Shown here: positions 30,304 through 44,350 of the stretch, in pieces
Position numbering within the stretch: position 1 is the first letter of the stretch
Layout of the letters: each line of letters begins with the position of its first letter
Assembly (NCBI RefSeq): GCF_009914755.1
Contig: NC_060927.1
Strand: one strand, 5' to 3'
Length of the DNA stretch: 64,000 nucleotides
From: the human T2T-CHM13v2.0 reference genome, Homo sapiens
Notes under the pieces: generated by a model
Database searches by the model: none
Seen by the model: the letters and a program-made list of their open reading frames with translations, nothing else
What the model was told of the DNA's origin: nothing
Translations under genes and position numbers: made by a program

Positions 30304-30721
30304 GTCTCCTAGGCAGACTATACATCCTTGCAGCTTGACTTTAAAATTACCCATGTGACTTTCTTCGGCCAACGGGGCATTGGCAAATGTGATGCAAGCA
30401 CAGGCTTAAAATGGTGCTTGAGTGGTTGAGCTTTTTCTCCTGTGTCTTTGTCACCAATGTGAGCAAAGCCTCCTCCAGGTAGCTGCTATCCTTTCAGCCT
30501 GGATCCCAGAATGAACTATGTGGAGTAGACCTAAGCCAAACCCACAGTGAGAATCGAAGGCCAGCCAGATCCAGAACTGAAAGCAGAGCCATTCAGCTGA
30601 GCCTGGCATGGATCAGCCAACCTTCAACTGATTTTCAGATGACAAATGAGAATAAATGACTATGGCTTTAAGCCACTGAGTTTCGGGGTGGTTTGTTACA
30701 CAGCAACAGTGAACTGATACA
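30304..30721 (+). mobile_element. MLT1H-like MaLR LTR (similar piece also at about 29775-29875)
   Basis: ccatgtgactttcttcggccaa...aataaatgactatggctttaagccactgagtttcggggtggtttgttacacagcaa...tgataca. Confidence 0.75.
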
Positions 30722-31939
30722 ACCTCTTTATCTGTTAATCACATCATCCTGTTTCTACTCTATGTTCTGTTGGTCTGTCTGCAGTCCTTAGTTAGAATAT
30801 CACATTATGCAGTGCCCAGAGATATTTTATAGCCCTTGCATATTATATAAAGTCCATGGCAGTCACTCAATAAACACCTGCCTAATGACTTTAGTGACTT
30901 GAAAATGACAGCTCTGTTTTGCCAGTGTCAAATTAAGCAGGATCTACCCACGGTGTGAGAGCTGCACTGAGGCCTGGCTATGCTGGCCAAGCCTGCCACA
31001 GGCACTGTCTAGGTTCCCGAATAAGCAAGTGTGTTAACACCTCCCAGGGCTAAGGCAGGCAGCCAATGTCTCTCAAATCACGAACGCTCAAGTGCTCCCA
31101 GGAAAAGCCCTAACCACATCAAAGGCACTCCCGATCGAGCCTCCCACATGGAAGCAATGACAACAAAGCCAACCTCAGTAGCACTTGAGTGTCCCCAACA
31201 TTTGTGTCTCTGAATGGGGACCCAAATTGTGGTGGGTACACAGAAGCAGCGCTTAGGGGTGCTCAGGGATAGCCATTCAGGGCTTTGGCTGCCCTCCAAG
31301 CAGCCAGCCCCATCCCGTGAGACCTCCCGGTTGCCTTTGATAGAGGGGATTACGGAAGCTGTTGTTGGTTTGCATTGGGGCGGGGGTTGGCTGCTTTCAT
31401 GGGCTGGGTTCCCATCATCCTACTGAAGGGGACCCCTGAGGACACTGTGAGCCATGCTTGTCTCTTTCCCCAGGGACTGGCTTGTGGGTTTGGTCTTTAT
31501 TTTCTCTTTTCAACACTTATGAGAAACCACTAGGAGTGGCCATGAATGCCAGGAATCTCAAAAGGAAATGATGAATGAGGCCAGCTGGCTAAATGCCCTT
31601 CAGTAAGGACTGAGGTGTTGTCTTAAAGAATTGGGGAAATGGCTCTGGAGGCCAAGTGCATGACATAGGCTCAACCTGGAGCCAGAGAGTTGTTCTTGAA
31701 AAGTGATGAATCTCAGTTGTAGAGAAATAACTGGACCCTGGTATATTGACACTATCACAGCAGAGTGAAAATACTACCTGAGTTCCCAGTTGCATCTGGG
31801 GCTCCTTACACTGACCACTGGGGCTATGTTAAGTTCACCACAAGGCCTAGTCACTCTTACTGTGGGACCCCACACCCACAAAATAACAAACATACTAAAA
31901 ACTATCTTTGAAAAAAAAATACCAAAAAACTGTATGAAA

Positions 31940-32248
31940 GTTGTTTGTTGTTGTTGCTTTTTTTTTTTTTGAGACAGGATCTTGCTGTGTCACCCATATT
32001 GGAGCATATTGGCACAATCTCGGCTCACGTCAACCTCCACCTCCCGGGCTCACGTGATCCTCTCACCTCAAACTCCTGAGTAGCTGGGACCACAGGCATG
32101 TGCCACCATGCCAGGCGAATTTTTGTATTTATAGTAGACATGGGGTTTTGCCATGTTGCCCAGGGTGCAAACTCCTGGGCTCAAGTGATTCACCCACCTC
32201 GGTCTCCCAAAGTGCTGGGATTACAGGCATGAGCCACTGCACCCAGCT
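31940..32248 (-). mobile_element. AluJ (Jb-like)
   Basis: Antisense dimer with (GTT)n/T tail; ctcctgggctcaagtgat. Confidence 0.9.
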
Positions 32249-33169
32249 GAAAGTTGAATTGAGTTGTAATTAACTAGCTGATATAGGTTAAATTTAAAAG
32301 ACGTATAATTAAATATGATTTTTGATTTTATAGTTATCTTTATATATTTTGGAGTTTATACAGTTCCTTTTAAAATGTAGCTTCCTAAGCTCTTGAAAAG
32401 CATTTGGGCCCCACAGGCCAAATGTCTTAATCCCAGACATAACTAAAATTTGATGACCAGTACTCAATTTTTCCTCTGAAATAATAAATTTGAAGGCTTA
32501 CCAACTGATAAGGGCCAGAATTAACTTTAATTTCCTTGAATGCCAACTTGTACGCCTCCTTCCAACAAAAATTATCTTCATGTCCTTTGCCCAGGTAAAG
32601 TAAGAGAGCAAATATTTCTGCCATGCATTTTCTCCTAAAAGGTATTCATACTCTCCTTTATCTCAGTCCCAAGGAGACATAGACGTAAGCGAGGGTAGGT
32701 TCAACCAAGACTGTCTGAAATACCCAATAAAAGAACCAATCGCTCACCCCTGGAACTTTTCTTTCAATGCATTTGACAATAACAAAACTTGCTTTCTTTA
32801 ACCCCTGGGGTAGACAAAGCAGCAAGTTATGAACCTTAATGCTTCTAAGGTTCTTACAAATGTTAGTTGATCTTTTTTCAGTGGACCCTCTTTTTTTTTT
32901 TCCTTTTTTGTGACACTTCCAGCCTGCCTGCTTCCTTCTTTCCTGCATCCTCCTCTCTCCTTTCTCATGTTAGAGATAGATTCACGGTATACAGTTAAGT
33001 CCATGTGGAGCCTGCCAGCTTCTAGGTACCTCTGCATTCCCACTGCTCTGTTTGTCAGGTGCTCTGTTTTACCTTTTAAGGTTTCCACCACATTGAGTGA
33101 GGCTCAGGACTTTGGAAAATTAAGTGGCAGAGAGTAAAGCCAGGCATAGCCAGTGGGGAAATCTAGAGA

Positions 33170-33420
33170 TGCTGTGGTTATAAATGTGGACTTTGTAGTT
33201 AGATGGCCTCATTTGAGTCTTGGTTTCACTTACTAGGAGCTGGGTGATTGTGGCCAGGAGATATAACCTCTCTGAGCATCAGTTTCCTCATCTGTACAAT
33301 AGGAATAAGCAAAGCACCTACCTCATGGTTGTTAGTAAAGATCGAATTAGATAATTCAGGCAAAGCATTAACACATGAACACATGGTATGGCTTGAATGA
33401 ATAAATGTAGCTACTTTTAT
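33170..33420 (+). mobile_element. MIR
   Basis: aacctctctgagcatcagtttcctcatctgtacaataggaataa...cctacctcatggttgttag. Confidence 0.8.
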
Positions 33421-33478
33421 TAACAATGTCCTAGAAGTGACAGAAGTTTAAAAGGCCCTTTAAAAACCCAAGTAGAGG

Positions 33479-34221
<743 letters not shown>

Positions 34222-34399
34222 AGAGATTTTGTTGAGGAAGGCCATAACTAAACTTAAAAACACCTTTCTTTGGTACAGCTGGGTTGTTCAGTATCAGTCA
34301 TAATCAGCTTACCATTAAATTCTATGCTCCATGATGGACTTTCTTGTAGAGGTCTTTATCAAGATAACTACTTAGAATCATTTGAATAGCAAGGGGAGT

Positions 34400-35745
34400 G
34401 TGAGACCCCCTCTTCTGGCTCTCCCCTGTCTCACTAGCCAGGCTTCCTCAGTCCCCTTTGCTGATTTTCCTCATCTCCTCTCTAAACCTTAGCACACTTA
34501 GCCGACCTTAGGCCTCTTCTTTTCTGTCTACACCAATGGTTCTTAATTGGGAGGGGGGTGTGGGGGGCTGATTTTGCTCTCCAGAATACATTTGCAGTGT
34601 CTAGAGACTCATTTTTCGGCTGTCACACAGGGGTGTGGGGGAGAGAGTAGGACTACTACTGGCATCTAGTGAGTGGAGGCTGGGGATACTGCTAAACATC
34701 CTACAGGGCAGTCCCCACAGCAAATAATTATCCAGCCCAAAATGTCAGTAGCACTGAAGCTGAGAAATCCTGGTCAGCACTGACCACCCCACTGTCTCAT
34801 AGGCACCCCACATAACACTCGGCTTCTGATCTTCCCCATCCCAAACCTACACTGGCTTTTCTGAAGGCTTCCTCAGGTCAGCAGTTGGCAGCTCCATCCT
34901 TCCAGTTGCTTAGGCCCAAAGTGTAGAGTCATCCAGGACTCCGTTTTGTTGCCTACATCCCACACCTAATGCCTCAGCAAACCTGTTGGTCTGATCTTCA
35001 AAATGTAGGTAGAATCTGACCACTTCCCACCACTTACACTCATTCCACCCTGGACCAACTTTCCATCATTTCCTCCCTGATTTATTGCAATGGCCTTCTA
35101 ACTTGCTTTTCTACATTTGCCCTGTTTTCCTCAGTCCCCAGAAGCCAGAGTAATCCTTTAAAATGTAAGTCAGCTCTCACTACTTTTCTGTTCAAACCCC
35201 TCAATGCATTCTTTTCACTCAGAATGAATGACAGTGTTTTCACCATGGCCTACAAGGCCTTTGATGAGTTGAACCTTCACTGTCTCTGACCTTATCTCCT
35301 ACCCCTCTCATTCTGGTTCATTTAGCTTCACCTACATCAATCTGTTATAGCTGTTCTTCAAAAATGCCAAGCATGCTTTCCATTCAGGATCTTCATACTT
35401 ACTGTTCCCTACGCACAATCTGCTCTTCCCTCAGCTCCCTGCATGAATCACTCAGCTTGTTCCAGGAGTGCTGGGGATATTACTTTACGCAGGATGATCT
35501 AGGAAGGCAAAGTCTTCCCTAGCACTCCTTACTCTTCTTCCCTGCTCTTTTTTCTCCTTATCACTTATTGCCACCCGACATATGTTTTATTTCTGTTTTT
35601 GTTTGCTTATTGCCTGTCTCCCCCAACTAGAAGCCAAGCTCTGTGGAGGACAAGGACTCTTGCTTGCTTTGTTCTCTGTTCTATCTGTGTCTAGGTCAAT
35701 GTCAGACACACTGCAGACACTTAACAAATATTTTTGAGTGAATCA
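34400..35745 (+). mobile_element. L2 (about 1.1 kb) interrupted by MER20
   Basis: gcagctccatccttccagttgcttaggcccaaa...agaatctgaccacttc...ccatggcctacaaggcc...aacaaatatttttgagtgaat. Confidence 0.8.
34535..34772. mobile_element. MER20
   Basis: caatggttcttaattggg...ctactggcatctagtgagtggaggc...ccagcccaaaatgtcagtagcactgaagctgagaaatcctg. Confidence 0.85.
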
Positions 35746-36489
35746 TCAATTTTGAAATAGTTCTACTGAAGAGTTACAATGTCAGAATGACTTTCATTCA
35801 TTATGTATAGAATACTCCAAATGGGAATCTCTTCTTTGCCACTTAAATGCTATATAACTATGAGAAGCTACTTAAATTATTTGGGCTTCAGTTTCCTCAC
35901 CTGAAAAGTTATCAGAGTTCTTATGAAGTTCAATAAAATCACATATTAAGGTGTCATGAGGTTAAATGAAATAAAACACATAAAGCATTGGACGCATACA
36001 AAGCACTGAATAACTAATAACTGCCACAGTGATATTAAATGGTGCTACACATAGGGATTTTCTCTAGTCTGTACAGGAGCACACTAAGAATTTCCTCTCC
36101 AGCTGCCCAACCTCAATGGACTCTACCAGAGTGTTGCCACTTGCCCCTTCCCCATTCATCCCTTGTGGGACTTTCCAGGCTAGTTCCAGGGTCTCACAGG
36201 CTTCTGAACCCTCTGATTCCACTTATTTTAATCCAAATAAATTAATTGAGTAAGGGACTCATTGCTGAAGTCAATAGTTATGTCTATAATGGAGATGAGT
36301 CACCAGGTACCAACCAAATGACTTCTACTCTGGGCTTGTGAGGAGCACAAGATGAGAGCTGGAGCAGTGATAGAGAATGGGAGACAAGAGGGAATTGATT
36401 GGACAGCTGTCCTTGCTGTATCCTCTGAGTTTTCCAGTGAATGGGGGCAAGTTTACTGATTTAGCCTCCTTTGTTCCCATTTGTTGATG

Positions 36490-36790
36490 TTCATCCATTC
36501 ATCCATTCACCCACCTCTCCAATCCATAGTGAGCACCCAAGGCACTGTTCTGGGCGCTGGCAAGACTCAAATGAATAAGACAGAAAATCCTTGCACTCAG
36601 AAAGGAGTTCATAGTGTTTGGGCAAGACAGACAATAATCAAATAAACAAACAAGAATGACAGGAGTTGTGAATACAGTAGAACAGAGTCAGGACACAGAG
36701 AATGACTGAGGCAGGACCACATTAGATGGGGTAATCAGGGGACATCCTGCCTGAAGACATGGTGCTTGAGCTGAGACCAGATGGAGGAGG
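36490..36790 (-). mobile_element. L2 3' end
   Basis: ttcatccattcatcc...ggcactgttctgggcgctgg...gaataagacaga. Confidence 0.7.
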
Positions 36791-37789
36791 GGTCCCCATC
36801 AAGCTGCTCCTCCTTCTCTGTTCCCTCTTAGTGTACTAAAGGGATAACAGGGTGTGGAAGCACAGCTTCAAACTCAACAGAAGGAAGCGATCTACTTAAA
36901 CCCCTGTTCTTCACTTTGTCTCTGGAGCCCAGCATCCTAAAAGTATTTTTTGAGTGTCTAAATCCATTTGATTGATAATCTCTCTCTGTGGCTCAGCTCC
37001 AGAGTTCCTAGGTGGTAATACCTAAGCATTGGCAGTTTAGTTAGCAGGCAATACAGGTGTTTATGAGGAAGAAGGGTCGTCCTCATAAGACTCTTCTTCA
37101 TAAGTTCAGAAAACGTTGGCTTGAACAAAGATCAGTTCCTTTATGTAGGATTTCTCAGAGCCTTTATTATGTTAATGTGCATTCCAGATTTTCAAGAGGG
37201 GCCACAGCACATAATATTTCCCAAATTTTTGTGACTATAGAACCCTTTTTCCAAAGAGCATCATGAATGGTTAGTGTTTGGTGGAGGATACCTTGACAAA
37301 CCTGAAAGAGTTTGACAAATGTACCAAAGAATTTCTTATTGGCTAATAATCAGTTTTAGATAACCAAGATAATCTCAAAGGGATGTTGAGACCAGGGGTA
37401 TCATCTCCTAGACATATATTGGTGTCTTGATGAAATCGGGTAAAACCGATAGCTGAAATGAAGGAGACAATAATCAGACCAATTAAGAGGCTTGGTTAGA
37501 AGAAAGGAGGGCAGCCATTCAATTTGCTGTGGGTGGAGTCACTGGTGGGATTTATCTGGGAGATGCAGAGAAAGGAAGAGGAGAGATCTCTCTCTATGCT
37601 TCTTTCCCTACTCCCCTCTGTGCTCCCCGAGTGACTGCCAATCTGCATGACCCTGAGAGAGTGCTCCCACCTCCAACTCCCTGCCTGCTACAGGGGAGGG
37701 CCTGGGAAAATCTCAGATTGTTAAACTCAAGGCTGAGTAAGATAATATTTTAATTATTAATCACTACCATCATCATCAATTCAGCCTAA

Positions 37790-37975
37790 CAGCTCCTATT
37801 TATTGAGCACTTACTATGGGCCAGGCAATGTTTCAAGAGGTTTCCACATATTATTTTATTTAATCCTCACAGTGATGCTATGGGGTGGTGAGAGCTGTTA
37901 GCCCTGTTTTACAGATGAGGGAACTGAAGCTTAGGAATAAATAATTTGACAAAAGTCACATGTTTGCTAAGTATA
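37790..37975 (-). mobile_element. MIR
   Basis: atttattgagcacttactatgggccaggca...ttttacagatgagggaactgaagctt. Confidence 0.8.
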
Positions 37976-38394
37976 TGTGACCCTCCCCCTGTCCCCATCT
38001 TATGTTCAAGTCCCACTCTTATCCACTTTACTCTGATGAATCCACTGCAGGATCACAGGGTGGCTTACTTCAGTCAATGATCCTTGTTGAGCATTTTAAT
38101 GATGATTTTCTGAAGGCAGAGAGGCAAGGACCTGGCCACTATGTTTGAAAAGGCATCACACCTGGGCAAGCAGGAAGCTTACACACTAAAAGCGTAGCTC
38201 CTTTATCTTGTCCCTTGCCTCAGTTTCAGGCATCTGTATTCTGTATTTGTTGTCTGGCTCTTGTAAACATTTACGTTTGTGATCCCTGTTGAAGGGAATA
38301 AGGTGTCTTTGGCAGGGGAGTGATATAATGATTACTGTGTAGATATGTGCATGATGTATATGCATACAATGTGTACATAATGATGTAATTATTA

Positions 38395-38685
38395 TGTAAT
38401 ATTTTGAAGCTGGAACTCTGGAATCAGACACACCTGGGTTTCCTGTGCCAGGCATTGGTGTCTATACAGGTGTGGCAAAACCAGATATATGCAGATCACT
38501 AACTAGCTATGTGATCTTGGATAAGTACCCTCACCCTTCTCAGCCTCTCTTTTCTTGTCTGTAAATGGGAACATAACATATGTGTCTCTTAGGGCAGTGA
38601 GAATTAAATGGGACAGTGCATGTTCTTTAAGAGCTCAGCAAAGTGTCAGATACCATTGAGAGCTCTCAATAAATGTTAGCAATAT
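38395..38685 (+). mobile_element. MIR
   Basis: ctctggaatcagacacacctggg...actagctatgtgatcttggataagt...tcaataaatgttagc. Confidence 0.75.
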
Positions 38686-41544
38686 GTGATTTAGGATGAA
38701 AATTTGTCAAGGATACAGGACCTCAGAGTGAGGAGAGGCTGGCAGCATGTAATAGTTTAGGTGGGACAAGAGAATGGTCTGAGAATAATGGTTTGCAGGG
38801 ATGATGGATGTGGTATTGAAAGAGATTTTCAGGCTCCATTCCATAAATACTGTGCAAGACAGGTCTTGGTCTCCCAGTCATGAAGGAAGGAAAGAGTAAT
38901 TACTCAGTTTTATTGAGATGCTGACCCCAGGCAAACCACCTTCTCTAATTTGTAGCCATCAATGGGCACATTGGAACAGTGACTATTGGAATGGCAGCTT
39001 TGAAAGGGTTACTACAAGAGTGACTCTTAGTTGGGAGTTATGCTAATGACTCTCCCACTTCCCAGCAAATGATGATGACAGTAACAAAGCATCAGCTGAG
39101 TGCTTACTCTGAATCAGCGACTGTGTTAAGTGCTTTTACATGGATAATCTCATTCAGTAAATTAATAATTGAACCTGAGTTGAATGAATGTTGATTATTA
39201 TGTCTCACAAGGTCAGCCACAGTCAAGAAGACTTGATTCATGAAGCACGTCTGGGACCCCGGTTTACACTCAGTTTCTGAAAAACAGCTGCATGAGCAGA
39301 GAACGCTTTGGCTAACAGTGACTGTCTCACAATATTGTGGGAATATCAAGTACCCGATGGATACAAGGTCAACCACACCCCCAATACACACCCACCCACA
39401 CCCACAGAGGAATGAGAGAAGAGAATGAGAAAGTGGAAGAAAAATGCATTTGTCCTAGAGTAAAACATTATGATAAGTAAATTTGTTGACAATCAGAATT
39501 CTGTGACTATTCATGTTTTGAACTCTCCTCTTATAGCTTTCAGATTTATAGGAATAATAAGACAACCCTGCAACCTTCTGAGTGGTGTCATATAGCTTCA
39601 CCTCCCTTCTCATGATGGAGAAGAACAGATTCGATACTGCATCACTTTACAGCTAAACTCCAGTCTCCATCCCTCTCTAAAGATGTCTATGTGTTTTTTT
39701 TCCTTTGCCTACAAATGTTTTTCCCCTTTTCTATCAGTAGCTTAGGCTCTGACAGTTCATTATGAGCACAATAAAATCCAGTTTATTCCCTCCATCAATC
39801 ATCGAAGAAAATTCACAGAATTGTAGTCATTAATTTCATCACTTTAAGCACAGAATGATAATTTCATTTTCCATTCTGATTGCTTGTAAATTTTTATGAA
39901 TTATTTGCATCATTAAAAATTTGACATGTGTCCAACATGAAAATTCAGAGCTGTTTGGATTAGACAGACTTTTTTTTTCTCCTTCTGTCTTGTGTCAGGC
40001 ACGTATATTGGTTATGTTTAGTGTGTTGAAACTTTCTCTTCTCTGTGGAGGGTGACAAAAAACAAAGTTACGTTCCTGGGAAGTGAGAGAAAATGCCAAA
40101 AAAAATCAGATACATGACACAATGAGTGACTGATACATAATTAGCTCTTCCTACAGCAGTGGTGTTCAGGGACTTACATTCAGATCTTACCATGTGGAGT
40201 TAAATTGTAATTTGCTGGTCATGTCCAGGGACCCCGGCTGGGTCAATGTTTTATCTGTAATCACGTTACAGCACATCTAGTTTGCAACCCCACATTTTTG
40301 TATATTAACAACAGTAACATGTATTAAATGTTTACTATATCCTCAATATAATGCTCAGCACTGTACATATAGCATATGGTATATGTGCAACAGTCCTGTG
40401 ATCGGGATATGATTACTTCCATTTTACATATGAGGTGTCAAAGAGACTCACCAAGGCTGAGGAAAGTTTTCGTCTAATGCTACAGATACTTATCATATTA
40501 TCTATATATTGTTATTATGCCCCAAATGTTAAAAGTTTGCATTAACTTAGACATGTTCTTTCTCAGAAATAATTTGTTTTAATCAAATGTCCCTTTAGCC
40601 CTGTAAAAAATATCCTGCAGACAAAAACAGACATCTTAGATTTTGTAATTTTATTTTACCCTGGCATTTTGGGAAAAGATGTATGATCAGTCTCTCAATA
40701 AACATTAATTGATAATCTACTCTTTGTATATCACAATGTTAAATATTGGAGTGCTGCAAAGATGTCTAGCTCCTGGTTTGTCTTAGTTCATTTGAAGAAC
40801 TGAGTAATTACCTGAACAGTTAGAGAGCTACACAGAGGAACTAAACAGTTTGGTATAGTTCAAGAAATGTCCCAAGTGAGAACACAATGAGCCAATAAAT
40901 GAAAAATAGTGCTAATGAACACTGTGGTTCAGAGGAGAACGAGATTGATGTGGTAGCAGGGATTTGGGAACCCATTACTGGGGGTAAGGGGCAGCTGGAA
41001 TGGGTCTTAAGAATGGAAAAAAAATATATGGATGAACAGAGTAAGTATATTGGAGATGGGAAGTTGAAAGCAATTGTTACTGAGCATCCTGAAGTATTTT
41101 CCTTTTGCTTTCAAGATAAATTTCTAAGTCTGTGTTTATTTCTTCAATCAGTAAATATCAAGTATCCCCTGTGCTTAGAGTTAGTGTGGACATGGTTCCC
41201 ACTTTCAAGGGGGCTCATAGGCTGGTGGAGAAACCCCAAAATGAACAAGACATGTGTGATGAGATTTATGAAGGTGAAAGTTGAGGGGCTAAGGATCATA
41301 TAATGTGGGAGCTTATTTAATTTGGGGATGAGAGAGGGGAAGGCTGTTCAGTATCCCTGTAAGGACACCTAACACACATGGTGTCAGTTCTTTCCTTTCA
41401 CAGAGAAGTGCTGGTGGTTATGGAGGGTGGCTTACTTAGGTTGCTGAAGAAAGGGTAGAAACCTGTAGGTTGGGTAGGATGAATGAACTATGTGAGGGTA
41501 GGCAGAGTTGGGAAAATTGGTGAAGTAGGCAAAGTTCGTGAACA

Positions 41545-42225
41545 TCTGTTGTTTTTGCCTGCTCAACGTCCTTGCCCCTGCTTTTGGTCACAGCATTCAA
41601 ATTCTTCTTTGGGACTACCTCTCCTTGAACTTGGTACACATGGTTTGGGTGAAGGTGACCCCACCCCTGAATTGACAGGTGGTCGTTCTTGACACTGCAT
41701 TTCCTGGGCCATGGACTGGTTCATGGGTGGATATCTGACTCAAATGACTCAATAAGAGTCAGCCACAAAATTTAGGCTGAAACCCCAGGGAAGGGAAAGC
41801 TATTCCCATTGGAGTTACTCCACTGCAGAATGCAAGCCATGAGTTACTGGTAGCAACCAGCTTGCCTCCATGAGGAGAAAGGCTACCTAAGACTAAAGAC
41901 CACCCAGAGGAAAACAGCTGAGGGAAGGAGAGAGAGAAATTCTTAATGTCATCGTTTGAGCATCTGGATCCAGTCATGCCTATAGCCCTAAACTCTTCAT
42001 TTATATGGACTAATGAAATCCTGTCTCAGTTTAAGCCAATCAGAAATGGGGTTCTGCACCTGTTGGGTACGATGTTTATGGCCTGAGTGATGGTATCATT
42101 GGGACTGCAAGCCTCAGCATCATGCAATTTACCCATGTAACAAATCTGCACATGTTCCCTTTATAATAAAAGTTAAAATAAAGAATTGGAGTTCTGTTAA
42201 TTGCACCAGAGGAAAACTAGTAAAG
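41545..42225 (+). mobile_element. MLT1K-like MaLR LTR
   Basis: cttttggtcacagca...tggttcatgggtggatatctgactcaa...tttgagcatctggatccagtcatgcct...gtttaagcca. Confidence 0.7.
42057..42181 (+). mobile_element. About 125-bp L1P 3' tail inserted into MLT1K
   Basis: gcctcagcatcatgcaatttacccatgtaacaaatctgcacatg...aataaaagttaaa; TSD agaaatggggttctg (42042-42056) / agaattggagttctg (42182-42196). Confidence 0.8.
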
Positions 42226-42651
42226 CAGAGCCCCGCCTATCCGTATTTCTTCACCTGACTCCTGATTTTTCATTTGCTTCTTCCCATCTTCCATGTTCCA
42301 TGCTTTCCTTCCTTTCAGATGCCAACTGTTTCATTCTCAGAGGCTGATATTTTGTTCTTCCCACTGGGCTGGCACTACTGCATTATTTGAAACTTTCTTA
42401 AGAACTATTAATCAAACCTCACCTCTCTTGAGTTCCATTCCTTCAGGCTTTTAATAGAACATAGAGTAGTTTGAAAACTAAAATTTCCTTTATGTATGTA
42501 TTCATTTGTTGGCACCTAGCAGGCCTAGGCATTATGCTAGACATTTCAAGTACTAGATAAAAAAGATCCCTGCTCTCACAGAGCTAACAGTCTGGATTGT
42601 TGTATAATAATCTTATCTTAATTAGGTATTGATGACTAGGGATGGTCTAAT

Positions 42652-42874
42652 ACAGGAAAAGGCAAACTAAGGCCCTTGGGCCAATTCTGGCCTATTGCCT
42701 GGTTTTGTAAATAAAGTCTAATTGGAGCACATCCATGCCCATTTACTTACAGAACCTCTGTGGCTAATTTCATACTACACTGGTAGAGTTCAACAGTTGC
42801 AACTAAGATTGTATGGCTTGCAAAGTTGAAGTATTTGCTATTTTGCCCTTATAGAAAAGTCTGGTGACTACTGG
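42652..42874. mobile_element. MER58A
   Basis: ggcaaactaaggcccttgggcc...tttgtaaataaagtc...gcccttatagaaaagtctggtgactactg. Confidence 0.78.
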
Positions 42875-43914
42875 TCTAATTTGTTTCCCTACAGTGGTAC
42901 CTGCAGCATAAATGAGATCCCAAGATATCTAGTGTCTTAGTTCAGTGCTTCTAAATGGTGAGGGTAAATAAAAGGTAAACTTGAACCCTCAGGAACTTGG
43001 TGGTACTATGTGAAATCCCACACAACAAGCACACCTATTTGAAATATTCTGGTTTTAAAAGCCCTACACGTGCTGCATTCTACCCCATAACATGATTGCT
43101 TGTTTCAATACAAAAATGTTTCAGATTTTATCAATACATTGATATGACAAGAAGATGCTCTCTGTTGAACTCTATGACCTCAGGTTCCAGCTTGAAAAAA
43201 CATGGCATGAATTAGAAATAACATGTTTCTAATGTGAGACTTTTCACACTGTGGCTTAGAGGAGAGGAGGCTTTCTCTAGTCCCTGCAACCCCTCTGCCT
43301 CCCATTAGAGAGACAATAGCAATCAGGAAAGACCATTGTTTCCAGGTAATTTTTGGCCTCAGTATGTCCCATCCGCCTCTTTGGAATACTTGGAAATTAC
43401 AAGGGACAGAGAAAAGTTTTTGTTGTACTATTTGTTTAGGTTTTTGAAGTGTTACAGTTTTCCTAATGAGAGGAGACATTCTGATATTATTCAATGTACT
43501 GTGTTTTCTTTCCTTTCCCCTAGTGACTGCTCTTTGAGGTGCTTTGTTGGAGACCATCAATATATTATTATTTGTGGACAGAGGCTGCTTCAGGACACAT
43601 CTCTTGGTTTGAGGTGACGATTATGGATTATTTTGTTGCCTTTGTTTGGCATGCTTGGTAGTAGAAAGACTGCTCTGTGTGGTTGGAGCATTGCATTTGT
43701 TATTGATGCACAAAAGGACATTCATTATTTATTGGGTGCTATTGATTTTTTTTTTTAACTCTTGGGAAACAGGGATCTGTTCATATCATTAGGTTTCATT
43801 TAACCGTATTGGAAAGAGAATCACTTAATTAGACAGAGCCAGCTTTTCTGTTGTTGGAATAGGGATGGCAGGCAGGGCTGAGAGACTGCTGTCATTTAGG
43901 GATCTCTTCCAGTT

Positions 43915-44350
43915 CACTCATTAAAGACATTGACTAAGAGCCTATTATGTGTTTGGTGCTGTGCTAAGTGCTTTTGCTGCAGGATCTCATTGACTGAGCA
44001 CCACAATCACAGCAAGGTGGAGTTTTTACTCCCATCTTACAGATGAAGACATTGAAATTTAGAGTCTCTAAGTAACTTGAGCAAGGTCACTCAACCAAGC
44101 AACAATGAAAACAATAACAATTATAATTTAACATTTACTGAACACTTAATATACTAGGCACTGTATGAAACACTTCAAACACAGTGTCTTGTTTAATTGC
44201 CACAACAACCTTATAGAGCAGGTACTACTACTGCTTCCATGCTTTAGAACAAGACACTGATGTCCAAAGAAGTCAGAGATCCTGCTCCAGGTCACCAGAT
44301 CAGTGAGGAGTGAAACTAACATTCAAGCCCAGTTTGACTTCAGAGTCCTT
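43915..44350 (-). mobile_element. Two tandem MIRs
   Basis: cccatcttacagatgaagacattga...aagtaacttgagcaaggtcac; taacatttactgaacactt...cacaacaaccttat. Confidence 0.75.

Noticed and set aside
40899-41303. 134-aa ATG ORF on +
   Set aside because: No recognisable domain, overlaps L2-like fragments, and is antisense in an intron; consistent with chance.
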